Assembly: GCA_976551045.1 (NCBI GenBank)
Contig: CDPCPM010000239.1
Location: 1,674,001 to 1,738,000, forward strand
Direction: 5' to 3'
From: Glaucostegus cemiculus
Taxonomy: Eukaryota
Length of the DNA stretch: 64,000 nt
The position numbers and the translations under genes are program-made. Below the pieces are notes generated by a model. That model saw nothing but the letters and a program-made list of their open reading frames with translations, did no database searches and had not been told where the DNA came from. This document shows, one piece after another, positions 25,769 through 39,268 of the stretch (position 1 is its first letter; each line of letters starts with the position of its first letter).

Positions 25769-28700
25769 GTATCACATCCCAAAAGTCAAAACCCTCCCTT
25801 TGTCTACTGAAACTTAAGTGAAAATATGTAGCCTACCAATTATAAACCTTAATTTTCAAATTCCATTTTTACCAGGGTTTCTTAGACTATTGGCTTAGAG
25901 GGTTAAATGTGTGGGAAGACTACTGTAAAACTGATTGAATTTTCCACCTAAGTCAGAACCTGACTGAAAATGAGCTGTCTAAAATATAGCACACCTTCCT
26001 GATTAAACCATCACATTACAAAACCTAGAAGATCCTTGGTTACAGTGTCCCATCACAAAGATGTAATTTTGAAAGCATCCCCACATTCAAAAACCTAGCT
26101 GAACTTCCTCGGCAAGATTATTTCTTAATCAAATATTTGAGTTTCCTAATCAAGCATTTGAGTCTTGTCTTGTCTGAGAAATCTTCGCATTTTTAGTCTT
26201 GAGATTCCTCCTTTTTATTTGTCACCTGAAATAAATTCATTGAAAGCTGGGTATTATTTGAAGCCGGGCCTGTACATCAGTTTTGGAGAAGTCTTGCACT
26301 TGCTAATCAACAATGAAATCAGTCCTTTTGGTGGAAATGTGGAAATATTGGTTGGGTGATCTTTGCCAAATTGGGTGCATATTCTGCTTCCTTATTGTAG
26401 CACTGACTGATACTGTGCACTAGGATTTATTATTCTGGATTTTAAATACTGATAATGATCTTCCAGATCAGTGGTGCCAAAATCCATGACCACTTGTTCT
26501 TGTATATACTGTTCTACAGTTCTTATCTGTAAAATCATCTACCTTTAACCATGAAAGTTCAGACATTGCCACTTTTTTTTACATTTGACTGGTCATCAAA
26601 TTTTTAGACTCCTTGATAAAGAACTGAAAAGAATGCTGTCCCTACATTGCATTGAATTTAAGCAGTATGTGTAATGGGTTTAACAGGATATACACAGCAC
26701 CTGCAGTTAGCAAGTTATCAGCAAGATGGGGCTTACTTTTTGGAGACTTGATCGAGTGCTGTGTATAGTTCAGTCATTATGTGTCTTTTCTGTTAGTATT
26801 TGCTATTTTCTCAATTCCTACATTACATGTTTATGGAAGTGCTATCCTCCATGAATCAGTATGCAAGGAAAAAACATAATGCACTGTGATGATCACGTAA
26901 TTCTTCTTAATTTTAAAGTGTGGCTAAAATAAAGAATTAAATAATTGCTCTCATCAACAAAAGAGCTGCAGATTCAATTTTGAATTAGTTGGCGATGTAT
27001 TTAAGGTATCAGAAAGGAAACTTATGTCATAGCAATCGCTCATACCAAACCAACTGGATGCACCACATGTGCAGTCAGAAAGCCAGAACGTTTAGCGCAA
27101 GTCTTTGAGGTTCCTTGCAGAGAGCTGGGAGAATTTTAATTATTTACTTTATTTTGAGTGTAGTAATTGGCTTTCACTTGGTAATACCAAGTCTCTTAGG
27201 CACAGTATCCAATATGCAATGGTAAGGTACAGAATTAGCAATGACATTCGCCTTGTGCGCACTTTTTCCTAAATAGACAGATTGATAGTTGCCTTGTACT
27301 CTTAATATACTGGCATAAGTATTGCAATAACTGATGTCAGATTAACTTGCTCTAAACACATATAGTCACTTAGTATTTATCTTTGGCTATATGTTTCAGA
27401 AACAGCTGTTGTTCCATCGCAAAGGATGTAATACCAGTTGTGTTGCTTCTTTACATTTGGAGATGATATTTAGATTTATTTTCCATCTGCTGCTTACATA
27501 ATTGTTTCTGTGCCAGCCTTTGCCATTAAGTATATGCAACAATTCAGATGTAAAATATCAGGAGAATAATCTTCAATATGGAAATTTAAGCCTCGGCATC
27601 TAAGGAAAAAGGGCTTGAATAGAAGCCCTGAGATATGCCCACCAATCTTAAGTCCGTACTACAAGGTCCTTTGCTCTGAGTGGCATGTTATTCAGAATTG
27701 TTGAAATAACTGCAATTCAGCCCTGGGCTGAATTCAAGCTCAAGGGGAACAGTAACCCCAGAAATGGAAAGGTTGTCTTCCTTTCCTTGCGTGTTAATAG
27801 CAACAAATGCAGTAAATTTTAGTGATTTTGAACACAAAGGACATAATTCCCCTTAACATTTTTGTATTGCCACTGAAGAATGTGAACCTCATGCTGGTTG
27901 CTGTCAGGGTTGGAAGCAAAACTATGAAGTAACAGCATTTTTGGACCAGTGTGGGAGGCAGTGTAATAATTGTGTGTCAACTTGACTCAGCATTGTTTCT
28001 TTGACTCCTCATAAGTGCAAAGAAAATTTCTTCCCATTTTGTTGATGAACACAGTGGGAAATATATTGAACCTCTGCAAGTGTTAATTAATTAAGGATTC
28101 TAGCTAATGAAGAATGAATTGGAATCATAAAGGAAATTAACATGATTTTTTTTATGAAAGACCATTGAAATGGAAATGAACGATGTATTGTATTGGATAG
28201 AGCTCTTGAGGAACCATAGAAGGAAGCTGTACCTTTACATTTGTGACTCCATGCACTGTGATATTCTCTTCTTTTCTTCATTTAAGGAGGGAATGTCAGG
28301 AAAAGTACTTTGATTTAGTATTGCTTATTTCATTTAGTCCTTTTCTACAATGTGAGCTCCTGGAATCATGGCTCAGTTCTCATCCCATCATTCAGGGTGT
28401 GATAACGCGAGCTGGAAGAGTGATGATAATCAGTTTTGAAATGTTGTAACCCAAGGCTGCCTGAAGTTCTCAGTCACCACACATGTGTTCCTCTTTTCCC
28501 TTTTCTCAATGAACTCTATCCTGAGTGAGCGGCAGGTAAAGCTGTTATGTCTCGTCATTGTGCGTGAGAACTCTGCAATAGTAAAAATGACAGTGTCTTT
28601 TCGTTTGTTCAGGTTCCTGTTTCATTTTCATTGATGTCAGATGCTGTGTATGTGGAACCCACTGACATTATTGAGCATTCTTCTGGTGTACCTGAATGTC

Positions 28701-28778
28701 ATCATTCGTTTAATGAATTTTCTTCAAGTTAAATGGATCATTCAGAGTCTTAACTGCTTTGTTTTTGATTAATCTCAG

Positions 28779-28824
28779 CTATCACGGCAGTGTTGTTGTG
28801 ACCAGGTCCTCAACACCTCAATAG
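28779..28824 (+). CDS. IGSF9B: Candidate alternative (stop-containing) IGSF9B cassette or terminal exon: (G)YHGSVVVTRSSTPQ*
   Basis: Branch-like cttaac, a T-rich tract and ctcag| acceptor, and a TAG|gtaagg donor. In frame with the phase-2 end of exon 13948-15624. No transcript evidence available. Confidence 0.5.
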
Positions 28825-28991
28825 GTAAGGGTTGAATCCATGTCTGAAAGGGGGGCAGCAGGTGGGGCTTTTAATCTCATTTTTCCTTTAAAGGGGAATA
28901 CAATACTTGGAACCTTCATTCCCCTCCATCATTCCCTTCATACTCAGTGTTGTTACTTTTATGTTTTCTGTGTTATTTCCTGTTTATTCCC

Positions 28992-29203
28992 NNNNNNNNN
29001 NNNNNNNNNNNNNNNNNNNNNNNNNNNNNNNNNNNNNNNNNNNNNNNNNNNNNNNNNNNNNNNNNNNNNNNNNNNNNNNNNNNNNNNNNNNNNNNNNNNN
29101 NNNNNNNNNNNNNNNNNNNNNNNNNNNNNNNNNNNNNNNNNNNNNNNNNNNNNNNNNNNNNNNNNNNNNNNNNNNNNNNNNNNNNNNNNNNNNNNNNNNN
29201 NNN
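28992..29203. other. Assembly gap (212 N)
   Basis: Run of n characters. Confidence 1.
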
Positions 29204-29657
29204 GAAGGGCATGGAACGAGGCCTGAATTTCGTCACAACCTCAGTTGCTGCGGGCTCTTCCTGCTTCAGGTGGGTTGCAAACTGGTCAGAGTTTTCTTTC
29301 TTTTATGTTGTCCTTTTTAGCCACCCCCCCCCCCCCCACCCGCCCTCGTGAACAGTCAGAAATATTCCTTCCTGAGCGCAATGAAAACAAACAAAAAACC
29401 ACGATGAGGATGCTTATTTCCTGAATGGTCAGTGTTCAGGGCAACCATGACAGAAAACCAGCGTTACCTATTGGCCGACTGAATGACACTACATTGTCAA
29501 TTTGTTTCAAACCTTGTAACAGGAGAATGAGACAAGTTGCTCAGTTCGTTCAAGGAGTCAGCTCAGACCCGTTGGACAGGATGCCTTCGTTTTTTTTTCC
29601 TGTATGATTCTGTCAAATGCAGTGGACTTATGACTAGGTTCTCTGCTGATGCTGCAG

Positions 29658-30002
29658 CAGAGCAGTGGCACAGCTGGTAGAGCTGCTGCTTCACAGCTCC
29701 AGCGGCCTAGGTTCAATCCTGACCTCCAGTGCAATCTGTGTGGAGTCTGCACATTCTCCCGGTGACTCCATGGGTTTTATCCCAGGTGCTCGAATTTCCT
29801 CCCAGACCCCAAAACTGTGTGGGTTGATAGATAACTTGGCCACTGTAAATTGCCCTTGATGTGTAGAGGAGTGGTAGAATCTGGAGGTTGTTGATGGAGA
29901 TGAGGGAAGAATAAAATGAGATTAATGTACGGTTAGTGTAAATTGATGTTTGATGCTCACCTTGGACTTGGTGGGCCAGAGGTCCTGTTTCCTCTGAATC
30001 TA
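29658..30002 (+). mobile_element. HE1/V-SINE-like SINE with recognisable Pol III boxes
   Basis: A box tggcacagctgg (29666-29677), B box ggttcaatcc (29710-29719), V core and CR1-like tail. Confidence 0.88.
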
Positions 30003-32001
30003 ATTATGAACAATATTTGAAAAAAATAGCAATGTCTTATAAAAGCACAGTGCAAAACCTCCTAGTTACCAAGTGGTAATATTTCCCCAAATACAAACAT
30101 TTTTCTCTCAACATTACACTATGTAGTCTGCAGTTTCACATTCAAATAAGATAGTAGTTTGAAGTTCAAAGTGATACTTTAAGTGAATAAGTAATTAAGA
30201 AAGCAAAAATTCCTAAAACAAAACTCAAATCTACCTGAATGGTGGAGCATAAACAATGGAACTTTTTTAATGCAGTATTTACACAATTCAGTCTGCCATT
30301 CCTGAAGACATGCAGGGCTGGCAGTAGTTCCTCAAAGCTGTTACAATCTGTCACTGTTTTGCCCAATTTAGTACCAGGCAAATGGTTCAAAAACTCCTTG
30401 CTGCATTTTGCTTTCTGATTTCAAGTATTTCAGGTATTAATAATAGTCATCAACATCTTCACCCCGATTTAAATTGCTGCTCAGAATTACCTCAGTTTCT
30501 CATGACATAGCTCACTTTCAATCCACTTGGACTGTCGTCTTTTCTGTTATTCCAATACAGAAAAAATTGACTCAAGAAACAAAACTCTTCTGTTATTTAA
30601 AGTTCAAGTATTCCCCTTTAAAGTCACATCTGCTAAAGCAATGCATGCTTTCGCTAGTTGAACATCGTTGCATTTGTCTTCTGAGTGACGCAATGTGATT
30701 GTTCCTAAGCATTTTCCCTAATCCTGCCATTCCTCCCCCCTGTCAGCATGGTGAAGCCCATTATAGATGAATATTTAAGTTGTTAGACACATACAAGTGA
30801 TGCTCTGTTGCACAGCAGTGTAATCATTTACTAACCATCATTAATTTCATATTGCAGCAAATTTAGGGAGTGTCAAAGAAATTCAGTGGAATTATTTTGA
30901 ACTGATGAGATGATATTGTATAAACTAAATAAAAAATCATAAGTTTTCTGTGATTGATGGGTCCATTGAAAGTTGAAAGGATTTGCCTTTCTGTGTCAGG
31001 TAATCTACTTTATGGAAGAGGCATAGATTTTACATAAGCAAAGAATTACTCCTGAAAGTATCCTCAGGCCCAATTGGTAATTCAGCCTGCAGCAGAGTTT
31101 ATTATTGTCCTACTTCACTTGAGGTGAGAGCTATTTTTCAGTACTGCCAAAAGGCTACAATCTTGTGAAAGCAGACCAACCCATCCTTCCAGTTAAATAA
31201 CAAATCACCCATATTATGTAATGAAATCAAAGAAGAGGGAGTGGACGTTGTCATTTCACCTCTGAAATAGGCTTTTGAATCAAAGCCAAAATGATGAATG
31301 ATCGCCACTCCAATAGTTATGACAGGAGTCAAGATAGTGACAGAAACCTTTTTGAAGTTTGCCTCCTACAATGAAACTGGCTTGTTACTAGCACGGATTT
31401 TTTTAATTGCATGTGTAGCAGTTGATAATTGCATGCTTTGTCTTTATATTTCATTTCTTCAATTGCACATCTTTATTGCAGGCACTATAGATGTACTATG
31501 CATCTGAAAGTTTTGTAAAGAAGAATGAACTGTACAAGTAAATGTACATGCATCATTCTCTCCTTTGCTAGCTAATACATGAATGAGTGCTATTGGTTGG
31601 AATCCAGCTAAATATCCTTTCAACTTGTAACCTATACCAGCAGATTTAACTTCTGGGTTTTGTCAACAGTTCTCCCCTTCCCTGTTGGAAATTAATGAGT
31701 GAACTGTAAGCATGGTGTTTGATCACAAACTCAGTAGTAAAAAGTGATGCATAAACAGTTAAATTTTCTTGAGACTTTCAAAAGCTTTAAAATAACAAAA
31801 GTATGGTTCATATTGCATATCATTGGCTAGTAAATCTGATGCTATGTGATTGATAGGTCATTTTTCTACTCCCGTTCCCTTTCTCCTGTCTTTAGCAAGT
31901 GTTACCTGTTGTTGGGATATGGTTCAACAGGTGGTAGCTGCTATTTAGTGTATTGGCAGACAGACTTACCTTCACATATATGTTGAGCAGTGAATGTCAG
32001 C

Positions 32002-32637
32002 AGTCTTCTGAACTATATAGATCATCACAAGTAAATCTGTTTAGGTATCCACATATGGGAGTCAATATTGGCCATCTTTACCTTGTATTAATGGGGCCGA
32101 AGAAGCCTCAAAATAGTGTTGGTAGACTTACCATCCCCCTGAGATGAGAAATTGAGGCCATCCAACCTTTGAAAATGGACAAGAAACCTCCTGGAAATAG
32201 TGAAGAACAACAGTGAATGGAAAAATTAATGAAACTGAATCCTGATAAGCTCCCAGGATCTGATGGCCTGCATCCCAAGGTCTTGAAAGAGGTGACGATG
32301 GAGATAATGGAAACAGTGGCCACCATCTTCCAAAATTCCACAGATTCTAGAAATTGTTCCCACAGGTTAGAAGATAGCAAATGTAACTCCACAATCAAAG
32401 AAAGGAGAGACAGGGAGAGTTAATAGGGAACCACTGACCGCTGTGCCTTGCATCATTTGTAGGGAGCCTGTTAGAATATAGTAGTCTTCTGGACCACAGA
32501 GCATCACAACTAAATATGTTTAGGTTCCACAGATGGGAGTCAGTATTGGCCATCTTTACCTTGTATTAATGGAGTAGGAACAGCCTCAAAATAGCATTGG
32601 CAGACTCACCATCCCATTAACCTGTGAAAATGAGGCC
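32002..32637 (+). repeat. Diverged direct repeat of about 155 bp (32002-32159 and 32483-32637) flanking a CR1 RT fragment
   Basis: Both copies share atgggagtca(a/g)tattggccatctttaccttgtattaatgg and agcctcaaaatag...agact(t/c)accatccc. Confidence 0.9.
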
Positions 32638-33548
32638 TTTTAAAGGTTCGAAAGTACCACATCCACAGGGTCTCCCTTATCCTATCAGATTTCAGTTTCA
32701 TTAATATTTCCAATAGCATTTTTTAACAAATGCTAATTTCCTTCAGTTCCTCTTTCATCTAGCCTCTTGTTCTTCATTATTTCCAGGTGGCTTCTTGTGT
32801 CTTTGGAGGGAATGCAGCCCTGGCTATCTTTTCCCTTGCTCATTGAAGCCTTGCACTTTAGATGGACTTGGGTCTCTATGTACATGTATCACTAAATATT
32901 AGCAGGCAGACATAGCAAGCAACTAGGAATGCAAATGTTAGCCTTTGATGCAAGAGTATTTGAACACAAGAATAAAATGTTTTACTGCAATTATATCAGG
33001 CCCTTTGATTCTGCACCTGAAATATTGTTTACACATCTGGTTTTATTACCTGAGAAAGGATATATTTGCAAAATAGGAGGTGCAACAAAGGTTCACAAGG
33101 CTGATTTTTGGGATGGTCGGGTTTATCCCATGGGGAGTATAGGCAGCCCAGACCTATACTCTCTAGAGTTCTGAAGAGTAGCATCTGATCCTATTGGAAT
33201 GTACAAATTTCTTACAGACTTGGTAAGACAGTTGCAGGGATAGTGTTTCCTTGTCGTGTTCAGAAACAAGGGTCAAAATCTGAAAGTAAGGGGTTGGGGC
33301 TTCAGGACTGAGATGAGGGAGAATTTCTTTATCCAGAATGTAGTTAGTCCTTGCAAGAGGGCAGTGGAAGTTCCATCACTGACTGTATTCAAGACACTGA
33401 ATGGTAGCTTTTGGCATGTTAAGGAAATCAAAGGATCTATGATGAGTGCAGGAAAATGCCACTGAGATAAAAGTATAGTTGTGATCTAATTGGATGATGG
33501 AGCAGGCACAAGAGGACCAATGGCTATCCCTGTATCTATTTCTCATGT
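32172..33548 (+). mobile_element. Rearranged CR1 ORF2 fragments and 3' end
   Basis: ORF 32217 reads LMKLNPDKLPGSDGLHPKVLKEV. ORF 33256 reads GQNLKVRGWGFRTEMRENFFIQNVV. An inverted piece lies at 32682-32804. Confidence 0.85.
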
Positions 33549-34184
33549 TGGCCATTTGATAAATTCAAGTACTGTCTACCTCTAAGAGGTGTAGATGTCT
33601 TTAAATGGCATCAGACTTGCTTGGTTGCCCCTCACTGGGCAGGTTGCCACTAGAATTTAGTCATATTGATAAGGCATCTCTTTTACTTCCTAGATGTGCC
33701 CGTATGATTGATCACATCCTGGCTGCACATTTCCAAATCTGGGCTTGAAGACAAAGCTTTAATAAAAGCCCTACCCCACATACTGCCATATATCAGTGCC
33801 CCATTAACTAGTATATTTCACACAATAAAAGATCACCTTCCTTGTGATTTACCACGAACAGTGCCCTAGATGATGTGATGTTGTATTCCACAGCCATTTT
33901 ATCATTAATGCAAATTTCTGTGCTGAACAAGAGGAAATATATAAAAAAAGAAAGTCAGCCTTGATTAAACCTTTGATTGAGGGACCACTGATAATGCACC
34001 TCAGCAGCAGAGAAGCAAGACGTTTTATTACAGCATAGCCTACAAATTGGAGGGGTCTATTTAGTCCCAATTAATAGATTCTTTGCAGCAGGCTGACTGA
34101 TATTTTGTTTGTCGGCCTGCCACTCGAAACTCAGCAGGCAAGGCCCAGACCATCTTGGAAGAGTTACAGGCAATATACAGTAAG

Positions 34185-34468
34185 TGGCCAGTCACTTAAA
34201 AATGAGGTGCATGGAAATTTCTTCTCTCAGAGGGTAGTGAATCTCTGGAATCCTCTGTCCCTGAGGATGGTGAAGCCCAGATCATTGTAAATTCTTAAGG
34301 TAGAGTTAGATAAATATTTGAAAGACAGAGGAATTGAGAACTATGGAGAACTAGCACAAAAGGGGGGGGTTGAGGGCAGCATAGATCAGACCTGATCATA
34401 TTGAATGGTAGGGCAGGCTTGAGGTGTCTGGTGGCCTACTCCTGCTCCTGTTTTCTCATTTTCTTATG
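34185..34468 (+). mobile_element. CR1-type LINE 3' end
   Basis: NFFSQRVVNLWNPL in ORF 34105..34290, and tail ggcctactcctgctcctg. Confidence 0.88.
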
Positions 34469-34557
34469 CTACTGATCAGAGCTTGCACAAGGAACTCGGC
34501 TAAGTTTGCAACTAGGCTCAGGTAACAGCACTGGGGTCATAAGAGGATAGAGGAAGT

Positions 34558-34741
34558 TGGAATTGGTTTATTATTGTTACATGTACCGAGGTACAGTGAA
34601 AAACTTGTCTTGCATCCTGTTTGTACAGATCAATTTATTACACAATGCATCCAGGTAGCACAAGGTAAAACAATAACAGAATACAGAATAAATTGTTAGT
34701 TACCGAGGAAGTATGGTGCAGGTGGACAATAAGGTGCAAGG
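34558..34741 (-). mobile_element. 3' UTR of a Rex1/Babar-like LINE
   Basis: aattggtttattattgttacatgtaccgaggtacagtgaaaa is homologous to 58738-58920. Confidence 0.75.
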
Positions 34742-37700
34742 GATAGTGGGAGAGTGTGGAAAGGTAGGTTCAGTTTCAGTTGGTTGGTGGGGGGCTGGCA
34801 GTTGAATTGGGATGAGAGTTGCCAGCCAGAAATCTTGAAGCGGAGGGGTGGGGTTTGGCAGTCCAGTCAGTCACCTCAGTTGCTGGCAGAGGCTCAGTGC
34901 AATCTACATGGATCAGTAGTCATGTAGAACAGATGGGAGATCAATACTCAGGTGGGGGCATTGTTGTTCTGATCAGGGATCAGTGTGTTAAAGGGAGGGT
35001 GTTTAGTTGTAGCTTGTGGATCAGTAGAGGGAGGTCAGATGAGGATTGCAAGATTGGATGGGATTTGGGTGTTGTTCATGGGAGAACTGGATATTGGCAT
35101 GCCCAAGGAGGAGCTTTATTTCTCAAAGCTGGTCTAAAATCTACTCAGACACATTCCCTTTTAAAAATTGCTGAAAGAGATGAACATTGTGGGCTTCAGT
35201 ATGGGCAGCCCACCAACTACACATTCTACACACGTACCAACGAAAATTTTGGAAGTAATGTCCAAGAATGTCGTTGGATGCCCCTGCAGCTATTTAAACT
35301 CCTCTAATGCAATGAGCCTTCAGGTGCATAAAGGATCTGGAGAGAAAATTGTGGACTTAACAATCTATGTAGAAAAGTAGTGGTCTGCATGGTGGTCCAT
35401 GATTTTCCATTGTGCTTTGTTTTTCATGAAAATTGAACAGTGTGGTGTGCAGAAACAATGCAATCTGTAGACAGTGCTAGGGGAAATTATTCATACCAAA
35501 TTAAATGACAGGAAATTTACTAGTCTGTGTGTAAAAATATAAGAAAATGTCTAGCATGCAAAAAATGCAAGAAAGTGGAATATCTTAGACAATTGTAATC
35601 ATTCTCACTATAAGCTTAAAATTTCCCTTATTTTGATTTCTCATCCCCATCTTGAAGCTTTCTTTGCTGTTCCCCAATGAGAAGTTGGAAGAGGATCTCC
35701 TGTACAATAAACTGGAAGGAATGATAAAGTGTTTTATTTTCCATGGATATCATCTGCCACATTGATGTACAGTCCCATCTGAACATAGGCTAGTGTGTAA
35801 TAAAGTTGTTTTGTGCTCACCCAGTTTAGCATCCACAGGTTTGAGTTGGAGTTAACTTGTGCAGAGTCGGCTGTACTTCATTGGGAAGTCAGGGAGATAG
35901 CACGCAGTTTACCATTTTCCTTGACAGATTTGTGCTGGAGGATTGAAAGAGCAGGTTGTGGAAGTACCATTAATATAGAAAAGCAGGTGCTATCCGGAGG
36001 CTTGTCTCTCATAACAGAATAGGAGCAACTCTACATTGCCTCTAAATGGTGAAGCATGACTCTGTCAGTTCAGTTGCTGAATGATTACTTGCTCTCAGCA
36101 CTGTCTTCCCTCACCTTGAAAAGCACACTCAAGAAAGTTAAAAGAGTACATCCTCCTTTTGGCAATCCTATTGCTAATCATACAGAGATTAAAAGTTTAA
36201 ATTTACCATGTTGTAGGAATACAAATAACTTTGAAATGGTAAGGAAATTTGTCAAGCCACTAAAAGCTCCATTCAGAGCTTCAGCTAAACAACGAAGAGG
36301 ACAGGGGCATGCACAGGAAATGACATTGACCACTTTCATAGGGACATGTTAAACACATGCATTCATCCTTAAAACGCTCAGTCCAGATTGTGGGGCCATA
36401 TACTGTTTCTCTCCCCACCACTTTCCCCTGTTTAAGCCACTGGAACTGGGGAACTCTGACTCAAGCTTCTAACTTTCAAAACCACTTTTTCTAGGTTTGT
36501 ATAGTTAGTTAGTGGTTAATTCTTAAACTTCATGATTGCCTTCTGAGTGAAAGTAAAAGAATCGACATTAACCAGGTTTCTTCCACAGACTGAAGTTTTC
36601 AAGGCAACATTTGGCCCAGAATGTCGGCTAAGCATTGAGAGGCATTCATAGTACATTTTGGATAAATTATCCATTGGGTTTCCATACTGGATTTGATGAT
36701 GTGAGAATAGTATACTCAAAAGGAAACAATTGTGGCATAAATTGAATGGATTAAGGTTCCATTGAATACTCAATGTAGCCTGTAACTAAATCTAGTTATG
36801 ATTCTGATGCTGATGAGGTTCTGCTTGAATGAATGAATAAATAAATGCCTCATCTAAAAAACATAAATGCCGTTTTGTGTGTAGAGGAAAAAGGAGTGAG
36901 GAAATCAACTATTGTTGTTATTTGTATCGCATTTTAATTGGTGGTGCTTGGAAGAATCCATGAAAATTAATCCCATACACGAGTTGCATTGTCCATTGCT
37001 TTAATCTAACCTTTTATCACAGTTTGGTGCTACTACACAAAGAAATTGTTTGAGATCCCCTAAATGCTTTTCTTAAAATCCTCTAGCCATAAATATACAA
37101 CATAAAATGGTAATCAAAATCAGTGGAATTATTCATGTGGCTTTATGCTTGCATATTCATATTAATACTTCTCACAGTTTTAAAGAGGAACTATTCACCT
37201 CATTACTCTTAATCACATGCAGTCCTGTGGGGCAAGAAGAACAACTGGCTACCTACACCAGCAGATAAATCCAATTAAACACAATCCTTAAATGATAAGT
37301 CACATATATTTTTCAAGACATGATTTTCTCATACTGAAGTATCTCTGTTCCCCTTAGTTACAGACTGCATTTCTCCTTCATTGCCTTCACCCTGGTGCGC
37401 AAAAAAAAAGATATGATCTCTGAAGGATTCATTAACATCGCTACAGGATTACTCGCAAAATGGATATGATAATTTTCAACTAAAAATAATGGTCTCAAAT
37501 GAGAAGTGTTCCCACTTGTGTTTTGTGTAAGAATTAATGTGTCGTTTAACAGCTGTGTTACAAATGGCAAACAGAATTCTTCCTCTAAATATATTCTATG
37601 CAAGATATATATCAGATGTGTTGCACAGAAAATATTTAATATAGATCAGTTTCCAGATTTTATATCTTTTAATTATTAATCTTTCTTGTATATGCTATGT

Positions 37701-38569
37701 CTTTTATAATGTAGCTGAACTTTTTATACCATAATTATCTTGTTTATTAATAGATCTACTTTTCAAGATGCCTATTTTGAGGTATTTGCATTTTTATATA
37801 CTAATATGAGGGATGGCCTCTCTACATTGATACAACAAGATTGTTGACAGGATATGAACTACATAAAGTTACGTGCAATCAGTAAGGTTCAAACTAAAAA
37901 GTGGCATGCATGATAAAAGTTATTCATGGATGTTGTGCTTCATGTTCTTTTCTTAATGGGAAATTATTTCTGGAGACTAATGTCATTGAAGCCTTACCAA
38001 ACTATATCAAATATCTAACTCTAATTTTTGGAAATACCACTGAGATCTAGGCTTATCAAGCTTCCATATAAAGAGAATCAATGTCTGGGACGAAGCACTT
38101 CTGAAGTGCACAATCTCTGGACAATATTAATGCATTCAAACAAAATGCCAGTTTACATGCCCCTGTTCTATATCGCTCTTTGAACAGTGCTGGGTGATCC
38201 CTTGGTCTGCCACATCCAGTGAATTAGATTAAAATTACTCCCAAACATCTGGACTAGAATTTATTCCATGGCTACCTTCACTAAATGACTGATATAGCAG
38301 CTTATATACTTCCTGTTCTAATACATGTTTCTATTGAATGGAAGTGAATTTTAGAAGTGGATTACAATGTGGAGATACTACTGTACTGTGCATTTAATGC
38401 AAGTGACCAAGGATGGCTTCAATTCAACCTCTTTTACAACATCCCATTTACCCTCCAAATTCTTCCACCACTGCACCATCATATCTCCATGCATTCACAT
38501 CCAAAACATTCAATTTTAATTTACTCAGTTTATGAAGCTAAATTTAAACTATTACGAAGTAGAATATTC

Positions 38570-38790
38570 CAAACAAAATACTGCAGATCCTCAATACTGG
38601 AAACAAAATAACTTTTTTATCATATAAAAACAGAAGGTGCTGGAAAAACTCAACGGGTCAGATAACAAGTGTTGTTGACCTGGAATATTATCTGTTTTTC
38701 TCTCCACAGATCCTGTCTGATCTGCTGAACATTTCCAGCACTTTCTCTTTCACTGTATATTTTAGATTTCCAGCATCTGTTTTGTTTTGG
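38570..38790. mobile_element. Internally deleted palindromic Penelope-like element
   Basis: gtgctggaaaaactcaacgggtcaga pairs with tctgatctgctgaacatttccagcac. Same family as 875-1282. Confidence 0.7.
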
Positions 38791-39193
38791 CTTTCTGTGT
38801 CTTTATTATATTATAGAGTATGGTGTTTTTGAAAAAGTAACCCCTTAAACTACACTGAAAATCTTTCAATTAAAAATAAATCATGCTGAAATATTTCTAA
38901 TTGACAAATACATAATTTAACTTTAATTAAAAATGTCATAACTGATTGCCATGACATCAGCACTAGAGCAGAACATTAACCAGAGAATTGCCTAAGATTT
39001 GTAACATTGTTTATGTTAGTCTGTTAACAAAATTAGTTTTCATTATAAAATTTGCGCAGTTACGTGTATTTCAATTTTGATTAACTTTCAGGCTATCCCG
39101 TTATGTATGAAATAGACCAAAATGTCAGGAAAGACCCAATGAATCTGAAAGTGAAGATGTTCTGTCTAATTTCCCAATCTGTCAATTTGGATT

Positions 39194-39268
39194 ATAGAAT
39201 AGTACAGCACAGAATAGAACAGGCCCTTCGGCCCGCAATGTCTGTGCTGAACACGATACCGAATTAAA
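39194..39268 (-). mobile_element. Very short CR1/SINE 3' tail
   Basis: tacagcacag...aacaggcccttcggccc, as at 4636 and 8820. Confidence 0.65.

Noticed and set aside
28840-29351. Four ORFs spanning the N run
   Set aside because: They are artefacts of untranslatable Ns and show no coding signal.
34819-35307. 162-aa ORF
   Set aside because: G/T-rich low-complexity intronic DNA with no homology I recognise.
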